Of a stretch of 39,131 nucleotides of DNA, positions 1-7,614 are shown piece by piece (position 1 is the stretch's first letter; each line of letters opens with the position of its first letter). Source of the stretch: Bacilli bacterium. Its GTDB lineage: Bacteria; Bacillota_I; Bacilli_A; ML615J-28; CAG-698. The notes beneath the pieces are model-generated. The model was not told the DNA's origin and searched no databases. It saw only the letters and a program-made list of their open reading frames with translations. The stretch is from NCBI GenBank assembly GCA_028693535.1, contig JAQUVC010000002.1:1-39131 (forward strand). The letters run 5' to 3'. A program made the translations under genes and the position numbers.

Positions 1-96
1 TCAATATATTTTTTGAACGCTTCTAAATAAAAAAATCGAGAGCATTTTTCCTTTTTAAAATAAAGTGAATTACTCTCAATTGAATTCATTGCTTAT

Positions 97-693
97 TTAA
101 TTTTTCCTACTAAATACAACATAATAACCATTTTCTTTGCAAACTTTTTCTGCGTTTCCAAAGACTTCTTCCATCTTTTCAATAAATGATGGTGCTCCCT
201 GCTTTTTCTGAATCACTGCCCAAAGAGTCCCCTTTTCATTGAGAACCATTATGCTATCCTCAATAATTTGGTGGACAATTATTTTACCAGCCCTAATTGG
301 AGGATTTGTTATCACAAAATCATATTTTTGGTTAACCACAGCAAATAGGTTGCTCTCATAAACATGTACATTAGAAACCTTGTTATGTTCGATGCTCTTT
401 TTCACTAATTCTACTGCTCGTTGATTAATATCAACCATATCTACTTTTACATCAGGACAGCTTTTTGCAATCGCAATTCCGATAATCCCATAGCCACAGC
501 CAACATCTAAAATGCGCGATCCACGAGGAAAATCAGGTAAATTATTCAACAAAACATTCGTTCCGAAATCAACGCGGTCTTTACTAAAAACTCCTAAATC
601 AGAGTATAGGCTTACTTTCGTTCCACGGAAAGTGTATTCTATGATTCTTTCTTTGGAATCAAGACTATCATCATTTACATAATAGTGACTCAT
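97..693 (-). CDS. ybxB: Class I SAM-dependent rRNA methyltransferase, YbxB/RsmC-like
   Basis: ORF 97-699. SAM motif LDVGCGYGIIG and motif ITNPPIRAGK. MSHYY start and WAVIQKKQGAPS resemble B. subtilis YbxB as recalled. Sits directly after rplL as in Bacillus. Start moved to Met3 (693) because the GGGAG SD (700-704) lies 6 nt upstream of it. Confidence 0.85.
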   Translation of the reverse strand: MSHYYVNDDSLDSKERIIEYTFRGTKVSLYSDLGVFSKDRVDFGTNVLLNNLPDFPRGSRILDVGCGYGIIGIAIAKSCPDVKVDMVDINQRAVELVKKSIEHNKVSNVHVYESNLFAVVNQKYDFVITNPPIRAGKIIVHQIIEDSIMVLNEKGTLWAVIQKKQGAPSFIEKMEEVFGNAEKVCKENGYYVVFSRKN

Positions 694-715
694 AAACATC
701 TCCCACTTATAGCAT

Positions 716-744
716 ATTATAATACAAATGCATTCTTATTGCAA
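716..744 (-). promoter_or_regulatory. Sigma-A-type promoter for ybxB
   Basis: Minus strand reads TTGCAA (744-739), 17 nt, TATAAT (721-716). It lies just downstream of the rplL terminator and about 12 nt upstream of the SD. Confidence 0.55.
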
Positions 745-774
745 TGATTTTTTTCATTATTTTCATGATATTTT

Positions 775-807
775 CATAAATAAAAGAGCACAATCGATAT
801 TGTGCTC
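775..807 (-). terminator. Rho-independent terminator after rplL
   Basis: Minus strand GAGCACAAT-ATCG-ATTGTGCTC (9-bp stem, 786-807) followed by TTTTATTTAT. Confidence 0.7.
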
Positions 808-829
808 CCTGTTTCTACTGTTTTCTAAA

Positions 830-1201
830 TTATTTAATTTGAACAACAGCGCCAGCTTCTTCTAATTTAGCCTTAATAGCATTAGCTTCTGCAACTTCAA
901 TTCCCTCTTTAACTGCTTTTGGAGCAGCATCAACTAAATCTTTCGCTTCCTTTAATGGTAAGCCAGTGATTTCGCGGACAACTTTGATTACAGCAATTTT
1001 GTTTGGACCAAATTCAGCTAAAACAACACTTACTGTTGATGGTCCTTCATCAACTTCTTCTGCAGGTGCAGCGCCTTGAACGGCTACAGCAGCAGCAGTA
1101 ACACCAAATTCATTTTCAATTGCTTTTACTAATTCATTCAATTCTAAAACAGACATTTCTTTTAAAGAATCTAAAAATTCTTGTACATTAATTTTTGCCA
1201 T
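830..1201 (-). CDS. rplL: 50S ribosomal protein bL12 (L7/L12)
   Basis: 123 aa. N-terminal dimerisation helix ([25 protein letters not shown]), Ala-rich hinge, C-terminal KEAKDLVD...[19 protein letters not shown]. Follows rplJ. Confidence 0.97.
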   Translation of the reverse strand: MAKINVQEFLDSLKEMSVLELNELVKAIENEFGVTAAAVAVQGAAPAEEVDEGPSTVSVVLAEFGPNKIAVIKVVREITGLPLKEAKDLVDAAPKAVKEGIEVAEANAIKAKLEEAGAVVQIK

Positions 1202-1226
1202 TATATTTTTTCCTCCTGTTTAAATT

Positions 1227-1715
1227 TTACGCTTCTTTTTCTGCTACAGCTTTAACCGCACACGCTAAGTTGCGGATTGGAGCTTGTAGAACACTTAACA
1301 ACATAGCAAGCATACCTTGTTTGTTTGGTAATCCTGCAAACACTTTTAAATCTTTTGCATCCATAAATTTGCCTTCAACGATTCCACCTTTTACTTTAAG
1401 CTTGTCGTTTTTCTTAGCAAAATCATAAATAATCTTTGATGCAATTGTGGCATCTTTTGAGAAAGCAACGGCGCTTGGCCCAGCAAAATGCTCTTGAATA
1501 CCCTCATAACCAGCCTCAGTACTAGCACGACGAAGAATGTTATTTTTGATAACCCTCATCTCGATTCCTTCTTTATATAACTGATTACGTAGGTCAGAAA
1601 CTTCAGCTACAGTTAAACCAATTGGATCAACAAGAACGGCAGCTTGAGCACCTTGAAACTTTTCTAGCGTTTCTTGGACTTGATTCATTTTAATTTTTAA
1701 TGTTGCTTCTTTCAT
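1227..1715 (-). CDS. rplJ: 50S ribosomal protein uL10
   Basis: 162 aa. C-terminal LPNKQGMLAMLLSVLQAPIRNLACAVKAVAE typical of L10. GGAGGTG SD. Immediately upstream of rplL. Confidence 0.95.
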   Translation of the reverse strand: MKEATLKIKMNQVQETLEKFQGAQAAVLVDPIGLTVAEVSDLRNQLYKEGIEMRVIKNNILRRASTEAGYEGIQEHFAGPSAVAFSKDATIASKIIYDFAKKNDKLKVKGGIVEGKFMDAKDLKVFAGLPNKQGMLAMLLSVLQAPIRNLACAVKAVAEKEA

Positions 1716-1730
1716 TCTTTCACCTCCTGG

Positions 1731-1825
1731 AAAATAAAAACCTTTTTCAATAGACAGAAAAAGGTAAAAAACTCTTTAACCTCGGTAGGAAATTAAGCAT
1801 TTCTGCACCTACTGTCTACAGCAAT
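1731..1825 (-). promoter_or_regulatory. rplJ (L10) leader with terminator/antiterminator-type alternative folds
   Basis: Minus strand has a long-range helix UAGACAG (1818-1812) with CUGUCUA (1757-1751), enclosing GUAGG...CCUAC. The 3' strand of that helix forms the loop of the hairpin ACCUUUUU (1765-1758) / AAAAAGGU (1747-1740), which is followed by UUUUAUUUU. Position and logic match the Firmicute L10 leader. Confidence 0.55.
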
Positions 1826-1865
1826 TAAAACGTATTAACTATTTTATTTTATTATTTTTGGTTGA

Positions 1866-2564
1866 TTAACTTAACATTGATTCTAGAGCAACCTTAACTC
1901 CAGGACCCATGGTTGTAGAAATAGCGACATTTTTAATATATACGCCTTTTACTGTAGCTGGTTTGCTTTTAACAAGCACTTGACACACAGTTTTAATATT
2001 CTCAGCAAGTTTTTCACTATCAAAACTAGCTTTACCAACTAGTGCTTGAACGTTACCTGTTTTATCAACACGATATTCAACCTTACCTGCTTTGATTTCA
2101 TTAACAGCTTTTTCAAGATCAGTAGTAACAGTACCAGTTTTTGCATTTGGCATTAGTCCTTTAGGTCCTAAAATCTTACCTAATTTTCCCAAATCACCCA
2201 TCATATCTGGTGTTGCAACTATAATATCAAAACCAAACCATCCACCCTTAATCTTCTCAATAAACTCAGCATCGCCAACAAAGTCAGCTCCAGCTGTTTG
2301 TGCTTCTTTTTGTTTATCAGGAATCTTAGTTAGTACTAACACGGTACGAGTTTTACCTGTTCCAAATGGTAATACTATCGCTCCACGTAAATTTTGTTCT
2401 GCTTTACGAGGGTCAAGGTTCATTTTAAAAGCTACTTCAACTGTACTATCAAATTTTGTAATACTTGTCTTTTTAACTAATTCTACAGCTTCTTCGATTG
2501 GATAACGCTTTGTTCTATCAATTAGCTTAGCGGCTTCCAAATACTTTTTACTTCTTTTAGCCAT
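1866..2564 (-). CDS. rplA: 50S ribosomal protein uL1
   Basis: 232 aa. [11 protein letters not shown] start, [25 protein letters not shown] motifs. AAGGAGG SD. Confidence 0.97.
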   Translation of the reverse strand: MAKRSKKYLEAAKLIDRTKRYPIEEAVELVKKTSITKFDSTVEVAFKMNLDPRKAEQNLRGAIVLPFGTGKTRTVLVLTKIPDKQKEAQTAGADFVGDAEFIEKIKGGWFGFDIIVATPDMMGDLGKLGKILGPKGLMPNAKTGTVTTDLEKAVNEIKAGKVEYRVDKTGNVQALVGKASFDSEKLAENIKTVCQVLVKSKPATVKGVYIKNVAISTTMGPGVKVALESMLS

Positions 2565-2580
2565 ATTTTTTCCTCCTTAA

Positions 2581-2607
2581 ATGTGGTATAACGGAAATTC
2601 CTTCCAC
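2581..2607 (-). promoter_or_regulatory. Structured element 5' of the rplA SD (candidate L1 autoregulatory site)
   Basis: mRNA sense GUGG-AAGGAAUUUCCG-UUAUA-CCACAU, ending 4 nt before the SD. The same GUGG / hairpin / UUAUACCACAU architecture and an identical 11-mer occur at 3120-3148 before rplK. Confidence 0.4.
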
Positions 2608-2665
2608 AGTTTAAGTTGTATTGATAACAACTTATTAGTAGTTTAGAAACTTCGTTGATTAGATT

Positions 2666-3094
2666 TTACTTTTCAACAACAATTCCCATTTGTCTTGCAG
2701 TTCCTTCAATAATTTTTGCTCCTGCTTCTGGTGTATAAGCACTTAAATCTTCTAATTTAGTTTTCGCAATTTCAAGTACTTTTTCATAAGAAACAGTTGC
2801 TACCTTCGTTTTCTTAGGGTTTGAAGAACCACTTTCAATTCCAGCAGCTTTCTTTAATAAGTCTGATGCTGGTGGAGTCTTTGTGACGAAAGTAAATGAA
2901 CGATCTTCATAAACAGTAACAATAACAGGAATTTTATATCCAGCTAATTCCTTTGTCTTCTCATTGAATTGAAGGCAAAATTGTTGAGTATTAATACCTG
3001 TCGGTGATAATACTGGTCCAACTGGTGGAGCTGGAGTAGCTTTTCCTGCCGCTAATTGTAACTTAACGACTTTCGTAATTTTTTTCGCAGCCAC
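2666..3094 (-). CDS. rplK: 50S ribosomal protein uL11
   Basis: ORF 2666-3148. Conserved L11 N-terminus [27 protein letters not shown] starts at a GTG (3094-3092). AAAGGAGGTG lies 6 nt upstream of it. The resulting 142 aa is the normal L11 length; the 18-aa ORF-track extension covers the leader. Confidence 0.93.
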   Translation of the reverse strand: MAAKKITKVVKLQLAAGKATPAPPVGPVLSPTGINTQQFCLQFNEKTKELAGYKIPVIVTVYEDRSFTFVTKTPPASDLLKKAAGIESGSSNPKKTKVATVSYEKVLEIAKTKLEDLSAYTPEAGAKIIEGTARQMGIVVEK

Positions 3095-3119
3095 GAGACG
3101 CACCTCCTTTTTGTCCGTG

Positions 3120-3148
3120 ATGTGGTATAAAGAGCTTTGCTCTCCCAC
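3120..3148 (-). promoter_or_regulatory. Structured element 5' of the rplK SD (candidate L1 autoregulatory site)
   Basis: mRNA sense GUGG-GAGAGCAAAGCUCU-UUAUA-CCACAU. Contains GGGAG and an AGAGC/GCUCU hairpin. Second copy of the motif at 2581-2607. Confidence 0.4.
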
Positions 3149-3188
3149 TTATAATAAAATAGTATACGTGATTAACGCACGCTGAATT

Positions 3189-3217
3189 ATTATACTATAT
3201 TTCTAGTATGAAGTCAA
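3189..3217 (-). promoter_or_regulatory. Sigma-A-type promoter for rplK-rplA
   Basis: Minus strand TTGACT (3217-3212), 17 nt, TATAAT (3194-3189). Confidence 0.7.
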
Positions 3218-3226
3218 TTTATTTTT

Positions 3227-3943
3227 TTATCTTTTTATTTTGATTATAGCAGTATGTGGGAAGTGATCAGAAGCCACTATTTCTGGAATTTCAGCGGCTA
3301 TTACTTCAATAAAATCATTCACAAAGATATAGTCAATTTTACGAACTGGATTCACAGAAGGGAAACTAAGTTTGTTTCCTTTGAGCATCGTGCTCACATC
3401 TGTCAAGTGATTCTGAATATCCTTAATTTTTTCATCTTCTGGAGTCATATTCAAATCTCCCATAAAGATACAAGGTCCCTTTATTTTCGCTAACTCTTTG
3501 AGAAGCGTAGCAATAGCATTTTTTTGTTCCCTTTGGGCGAGACCAAAATGAGAAATCAAAACCGTTACATTTAAAGAAACAATTTTTGCTTTGATAATGC
3601 AACGCGTCTCATAGCAAAGCACTTTTTCATCTTTAATCACAGGATCAGGAATCATAATTGTCTCTATTTCAGTTAGTGGAAAGCGTGACACAATTGCATT
3701 GCCATAGGGTCCTTGAGGCAAGTCAATCGCCTTCCCAAAATAATAATAATATCCCAAATCCTCGCCAATCATTTGTGCTTGTTCTTGATAATCAGTATGA
3801 ATTCCTTTTCCTCTTACTTCATTAAGCCCAACAATATCAGCTTGTTGATGGCGAATCACATCCGCCATCATAGGAAGATTAATATCACGTTTAATAAAAT
3901 CTCTTCCGTGTTGAATGTTAAATGTCATTACTTTTACTAACAT
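3227..3943 (-). CDS. Endonuclease/exonuclease/phosphatase (EEP) family protein
   Basis: 238 aa. N-terminal VMTFNIQHG, GLNEV, MGDLN, and C-terminal SDHFP catalytic-His motif typical of the EEP fold. No signal peptide. Confidence 0.8.
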   Translation of the reverse strand: MLVKVMTFNIQHGRDFIKRDINLPMMADVIRHQQADIVGLNEVRGKGIHTDYQEQAQMIGEDLGYYYYFGKAIDLPQGPYGNAIVSRFPLTEIETIMIPDPVIKDEKVLCYETRCIIKAKIVSLNVTVLISHFGLAQREQKNAIATLLKELAKIKGPCIFMGDLNMTPEDEKIKDIQNHLTDVSTMLKGNKLSFPSVNPVRKIDYIFVNDFIEVIAAEIPEIVASDHFPHTAIIKIKR

Positions 3944-4011
3944 ATTCGTTTACAGTATCCTTTCTTTAATAAAGTCCATTGCTAGTCGACCTAGTTATGG
4001 ACTTTTTAAAC

Positions 4012-5742
4012 CTACTTATTTTTCTTACTTTTAAACATGTTTTTAAATAGTTTTCCTAAACGATTAAGCTTACAACGACGTAGGAATGTCTGAAAACAGC
4101 TTTCACGAATAAATTTACTCCCCATATATGTTAGTATTTTATTACCCATAAAAATGGTTTCAGAGGTATTACGACCATAGCCCAAGATGATTGCTTCTGT
4201 TTCATTTACAGTACCCAAAACATGAATACGACTACCAGCCATTCCTCCACTTAACTTTGCCATCAAAAACTGGTCTTTAATAAATAGTTTAATCCTTCTC
4301 GCTACACTTCGCTTAGCTTCAACAAGACACGCATAACGACCACACGCCATCAACCATGTCGGTAAAATATCAAATGGTTTTACAAAAACACCTACACTTT
4401 GAATATCGGCTTGCCCATTATGATGGCTTTTCTTTAACGATAGTGTCTCTTTTTCTACCTTTACTTCAATTTGTTTGAGTGCTTGACCCAGTAAAACCGA
4501 TAATCCCGTTGGCTTTAAATCAAACCAATTATTGGTTTTTAAAAACATTTTCGCGTGAATGAATCCCATTTTTAGACGTAAATGCTTTTTATATGAAATA
4601 TAAATCGGCTTTGTTGCTGTTGGATAAATTCCCGTATATTCTTCAATCCGAAATGTGCAGTACATCTTTTTTGTTTTTCTTGAACTTGGTCGCTTATATC
4701 CTTTATCTTGTAACGCAACTTCTAATAACAAAGGAAACACATCACGAATAAAAGCGGAACCATTTGTTGAATTGGTTAACATCACCGCCGCTATCCCTTG
4801 TTCTGGCATAAATATCATTTGGGAAAAATGGAAGATAGTCCCTCCTGAATGGCCTATCACATCACCCATGCCAGAAAATTGATATTGATCAAATGCCAAT
4901 CCCAGACCAATTTTATAGCCTTCTTCATCTTCATAAGTTGGCTTTTGTAACATCATGGCAATAGTTTCTGCTTTTAGAATTCGTTTGTTACCAATACGAC
5001 CACCATTTAAAAATAGTTGCGCAATTTTCAAACAATCAACAGCACTCATGTATGTATTTGAGCCAGCAGGGATAATCGTAGTAATATAATCTTCTTTTTC
5101 TTCCCCTAAGTTATTATAAGAACGCGATATTTCATATTTATGTTGACGGAAATCCTCAGGCGTACAAATAAAGTTTGCATCAATCCCTAGAGGGTTAAAA
5201 ATATTTTTTTGGATATAATCCGTGTATTTTTTCTTACTGACTCGTTCAATGACAATTCCTAATACTGTATAACCAATATTAGAATAAGCAATCATTTTTC
5301 CTGGAGGAGCGATTAAATATTGATTCGCTAGATAGGTAATGATATCATTATAATCTTTTGCTTCTTTTGTGAGCATGATTCCAAAATTATCACTAGGTAA
5401 CCCAGAGCGATGTTCTAGTATGTTTTTGATTGTAATTTTATGACTATCAAATCTATTTTTAATAGAAAACTCAGGAATGTATTCTTTGATATCTGCATCT
5501 AAATCAATCAAGTCTTCTTCTACTAATTGCATAATGGCAATAGCAGTTAATACTTTTGTGATCGAACCAATCTTAAATTGTGTAGTGTCTTCTACTTTTC
5601 TTTCTCCATAAAAATCTGCAAATCCTCTATGTTCAGAGAAAAATATTTTTGAGGAATCAGCAATCACAATACTAGTTCCCTTAATACGATATCGTTGTTG
5701 TAACCTTGCAATTTTATTTAGAATATTGTTGTAATCAGCCAT
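4012..5742 (-). CDS. Serine hydrolase, beta-lactamase/class-C PBP-like fold, with an uncharacterised ~200-aa C-terminal domain
   Basis: 576 aa. SxxK active-site motif in FKIGSITKVLTA, a YSN-type second motif (AYSNIGYTVLG), and HSGG near residue 300. No signal peptide. The C-terminal third has no motif I recognise. Confidence 0.75.
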   Translation of the reverse strand: MADYNNILNKIARLQQRYRIKGTSIVIADSSKIFFSEHRGFADFYGERKVEDTTQFKIGSITKVLTAIAIMQLVEEDLIDLDADIKEYIPEFSIKNRFDSHKITIKNILEHRSGLPSDNFGIMLTKEAKDYNDIITYLANQYLIAPPGKMIAYSNIGYTVLGIVIERVSKKKYTDYIQKNIFNPLGIDANFICTPEDFRQHKYEISRSYNNLGEEKEDYITTIIPAGSNTYMSAVDCLKIAQLFLNGGRIGNKRILKAETIAMMLQKPTYEDEEGYKIGLGLAFDQYQFSGMGDVIGHSGGTIFHFSQMIFMPEQGIAAVMLTNSTNGSAFIRDVFPLLLEVALQDKGYKRPSSRKTKKMYCTFRIEEYTGIYPTATKPIYISYKKHLRLKMGFIHAKMFLKTNNWFDLKPTGLSVLLGQALKQIEVKVEKETLSLKKSHHNGQADIQSVGVFVKPFDILPTWLMACGRYACLVEAKRSVARRIKLFIKDQFLMAKLSGGMAGSRIHVLGTVNETEAIILGYGRNTSETIFMGNKILTYMGSKFIRESCFQTFLRRCKLNRLGKLFKNMFKSKKNK

Positions 5743-5766
5743 TTGAATATCTCCTTCAATAATGAT

Positions 5767-5795
5767 ATGATACTACTTTTTCATGAAAAATGCAA
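5767..5795 (-). promoter_or_regulatory. Sigma-A-type promoter for the serine hydrolase/EEP pair
   Basis: Minus strand TTGCAT (5795-5790), 17 nt, TATCAT (5772-5767), between the nusG terminator and the hydrolase SD (AAGGAG). Confidence 0.5.
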
Positions 5796-5805
5796 TCATT
5801 TATAG

Positions 5806-5838
5806 GCAATAAAAAAATCTCTAGCTAACTAGAGATTT
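5806..5838 (-). terminator. Rho-independent terminator after nusG
   Basis: Minus strand AAATCTCTAG-TTAG-CTAGAGATTT (10-bp stem, 5815-5838) followed by TTTTTTATTG. Confidence 0.8.
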
Positions 5839-5844
5839 AAAATT

Positions 5845-6381
5845 CTATAAAAGTGATACTTCACCAAATGTTAATTCGGTTGGGGTTGCTCGACCAAAAG
5901 CATAAATTAAAACGATTAATGTTCCCTTTTGATTATCAATACTATCGATAACACCTTCTTGACCAGTGAATGTACCTGCTCCAATTCTTACTTTGTCACC
6001 AACTTTGCCTGCAAATGTTTTTTCTGTTGTAATACCACAAAGTTTTAGAATCGGTGCAATTTCTTCCTCAGGTAAAGGAACAGGTTTTGCACCACCGCCA
6101 GAAGAGCCGAGAAAGCCAGTAACCATTGGTGTGTTTCTCACCATAAACCATGACTCATCTGTAACAATCATATCGATAAAAACATATCCAGGGAAAGGTT
6201 TTACAAAAACTTCTTTCATTTCGCCGTTCTTCTTTTTTTCAAGAATTCGCTCTTCGGGAACTAAAACAGTGAAAACCAAATCACTCATTCCCATCGATTC
6301 TACTCTTCGTTCAAGATTTTTTTTCGCAGCGTTTTCTAATCCTGAATAAGTTTGTACTATATACCACGCACGTTCTTCCAT
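5845..6381 (-). CDS. nusG: Transcription termination/antitermination factor NusG
   Basis: ORF 5845-6387 (GTG). MEERAWYIVQTYSGLENAAKKNL matches the NusG N-terminus, so the ATG at 6381 is preferred. KOW motif GDKVRIGAGTFTGQEGVI. Follows secE. Confidence 0.93.
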   Translation of the reverse strand: MEERAWYIVQTYSGLENAAKKNLERRVESMGMSDLVFTVLVPEERILEKKKNGEMKEVFVKPFPGYVFIDMIVTDESWFMVRNTPMVTGFLGSSGGGAKPVPLPEEEIAPILKLCGITTEKTFAGKVGDKVRIGAGTFTGQEGVIDSIDNQKGTLIVLIYAFGRATPTELTFGEVSLL

Positions 6382-6393
6382 TGTCACGCCTAA

Positions 6394-6834
6394 TTATATT
6401 TTAGTAGATAGCCATTCGAATAAATCGATGACATATCCAAAAATCCAATCAGAAAAAATGAAAAATACAGATAAGATTAAAATAAAAGCAAAAACAACAG
6501 CAGCGTTCTTTAATAATGATCCACGACTTGGCCATGAAACTCTTTTTACTTCACTAATAGAAGGTTTGTAAAATGGCCATGCTGCTAATATTAAAGAAAC
6601 AGCACCAAGAATAATTAAAATCCAAGCAAATGCCTCAGGATAATCACCAATTAAGAAAATATCTTCATTGATTACCAAACCACTTGCACCACTACTTGTC
6701 TCACCTATTAATACCATTGTTCCTAAAACAAGGGCGATTAATGATAAAGCTAATAAAATAATTCCTTCGTATTTATATTCTTTTGTAAATATGGAGATAA
6801 CTCCATTATTGTTTTTTTCTTTTTTCTCAGCCAT
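6394..6834 (-). CDS. secE: Preprotein translocase subunit SecE, extended 3-TM form
   Basis: 146 aa. The C-terminal 60 aa (ISEVKRVSWPSRGSLLKNAAVVFAFILILSVFF) is the SecE core, preceded by two extra hydrophobic helices. AGGAGG SD overlaps the rpmG stop. Canonical rpmG-secE-nusG order. Confidence 0.85.
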   Translation of the reverse strand: MAEKKEKNNNGVISIFTKEYKYEGIILLALSLIALVLGTMVLIGETSSGASGLVINEDIFLIGDYPEAFAWILIILGAVSLILAAWPFYKPSISEVKRVSWPSRGSLLKNAAVVFAFILILSVFFIFSDWIFGYVIDLFEWLSTKI

Positions 6835-6848
6835 ATTAGTTCTTCCTC

Positions 6849-6998
6849 CTATTTTGTTTCTTTATGAACCGTATGTTTATTGCATTTCTTGCAAAACTTT
6901 TTAATAACCATTCGATTAGGACTAGTTAGTTTATTGCGATTAATAGTATAGTTACGTGACAAACATTCTTCACATATTAAAATTACTTTTTCTCTCAT
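6849..6998 (-). CDS. rpmG: 50S ribosomal protein bL33 (zinc-ribbon, C+ form)
   Basis: Not in the ORF track (49 aa). My translation: [49 protein letters not shown]. CxxC...CxxC plus the HKETK tail are typical of L33. SD AAGGGTGG. Confidence 0.9.
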   Translation of the reverse strand: MREKVILICEECLSRNYTINRNKLTSPNRMVIKKFCKKCNKHTVHKETK

Positions 6999-7025
6999 AA
7001 GCCACCCTTTCCAAAGCCATATATT

Positions 7026-7054
7026 ATTTTACCAAAACATGCAATAATTGTCAA
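7026..7054 (-). promoter_or_regulatory. Sigma-A-type promoter for rpmG-secE-nusG
   Basis: Minus strand TTGACA (7054-7049), 17 nt, TAAAAT (7031-7026), with TGG immediately 5' (extended -10). Confidence 0.7.
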
Positions 7055-7077
7055 GAAATAAATAGGTATTTTCTTGA

Positions 7078-7614
7078 TTAACCATTGTGATTGGTCACTT
7101 GGCGAATTTTTTTCTTTGCACGATAAATAGCATTATAAATCTTTCTCTCATCACAAATGATTTCCTTAGCAATCTGAGAAATATCTTTTTTGCCCTCATA
7201 CATCAACTCAAACACTTTTCGTTCTAGGGTTGTTAGATTTATTTTCCAATTTTCTTCAATTTTAAATGTTGGTTCTTTCGATTCTGACAATAGATAATCC
7301 ATATTATCTTGAATCACAACATTATAAAAATATTTGCTTTCTCTTGCGAGAATCTCTCTTATTTTCCTTTGTAAAATCAAATCAAAATACTTAGTGAATG
7401 TTTTTCTTTCATAAATATCATATGTCTCAATGGCAATCTTCAACATAATCAATCCTTCTTGAAAGAAATCATCAAAGCTCTTACTTTTAATATGAAAGTC
7501 TCTAATTCTTGCTTTAATCAGAGATTCATATTTTTTAAACATGATTTCCAATGCTTCATCTTGCTTTTCATAGATTAAATATAACAATTCATAATCGTTA
7601 TATTTATAAATCAT
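7078..7614 (-). CDS. Sigma-70 family RNA polymerase sigma factor, SigH/ComX-like
   Basis: 178 aa. Region-2-like FFQEGLIMLKIAIETYD and a region-4 HTH (LTTLERKVFELMYEGKKDISQIAKEI). Occupies the sigH slot between rlmB and rpmG as in Bacillus. Start overlaps the rlmB stop (TAATG). Confidence 0.7.
   Translation of the reverse strand: MIYKYNDYELLYLIYEKQDEALEIMFKKYESLIKARIRDFHIKSKSFDDFFQEGLIMLKIAIETYDIYERKTFTKYFDLILQRKIREILARESKYFYNVVIQDNMDYLLSESKEPTFKIEENWKINLTTLERKVFELMYEGKKDISQIAKEIICDERKIYNAIYRAKKKIRQVTNHNG

Noticed and set aside
1-96. A possible ybxB terminator and the start of rpoB at the left edge of the window.
   Set aside because: The only pairing I could find (GAGAG...CTCTC) encloses a loop of about 30 nt. 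No reading frame with a recognisable RpoB N-terminus is visible in the remaining about 60 nt.
2092-2505. Long plus-strand ORFs antisense to highly expressed genes: 2092-2505 in rplA, 5966-6349 in nusG, 26138-26509 in ackA, 31211-31546 and 31556-31837 in the antiporter, 7762-8076 in rlmB, 18778-19068 in dnaE, and others.
   Set aside because: Each lies entirely inside a confidently identified minus-strand gene. None has an SD or promoter, and the translations are low-complexity Ser/Pro/Phe-rich. They are the expected shadow ORFs of AT-rich, codon-biased genes.
3095-3148. An N-terminal 18-aa extension of rplK ([18 protein letters not shown]) in the ORF track.
   Set aside because: The conserved L11 N-terminus begins at the GTG at 3094, which has a strong SD. 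The extension covers the structured leader motif and has no SD of its own.
3944-4011. The hairpin AAAGTCCAT...ATGGACTTT, with an inner CTAG-GTCGA-CTAG palindrome, between the serine hydrolase and EEP genes, as a terminator or a mobile-element end.
   Set aside because: The stem is convincing, but it is followed by ATTAAAG rather than a U-tract, and there is no matching repeat at the other side of the insert. It may be an mRNA-stabilising or processing hairpin. Evidence is insufficient to call it a terminator or an inverted repeat.
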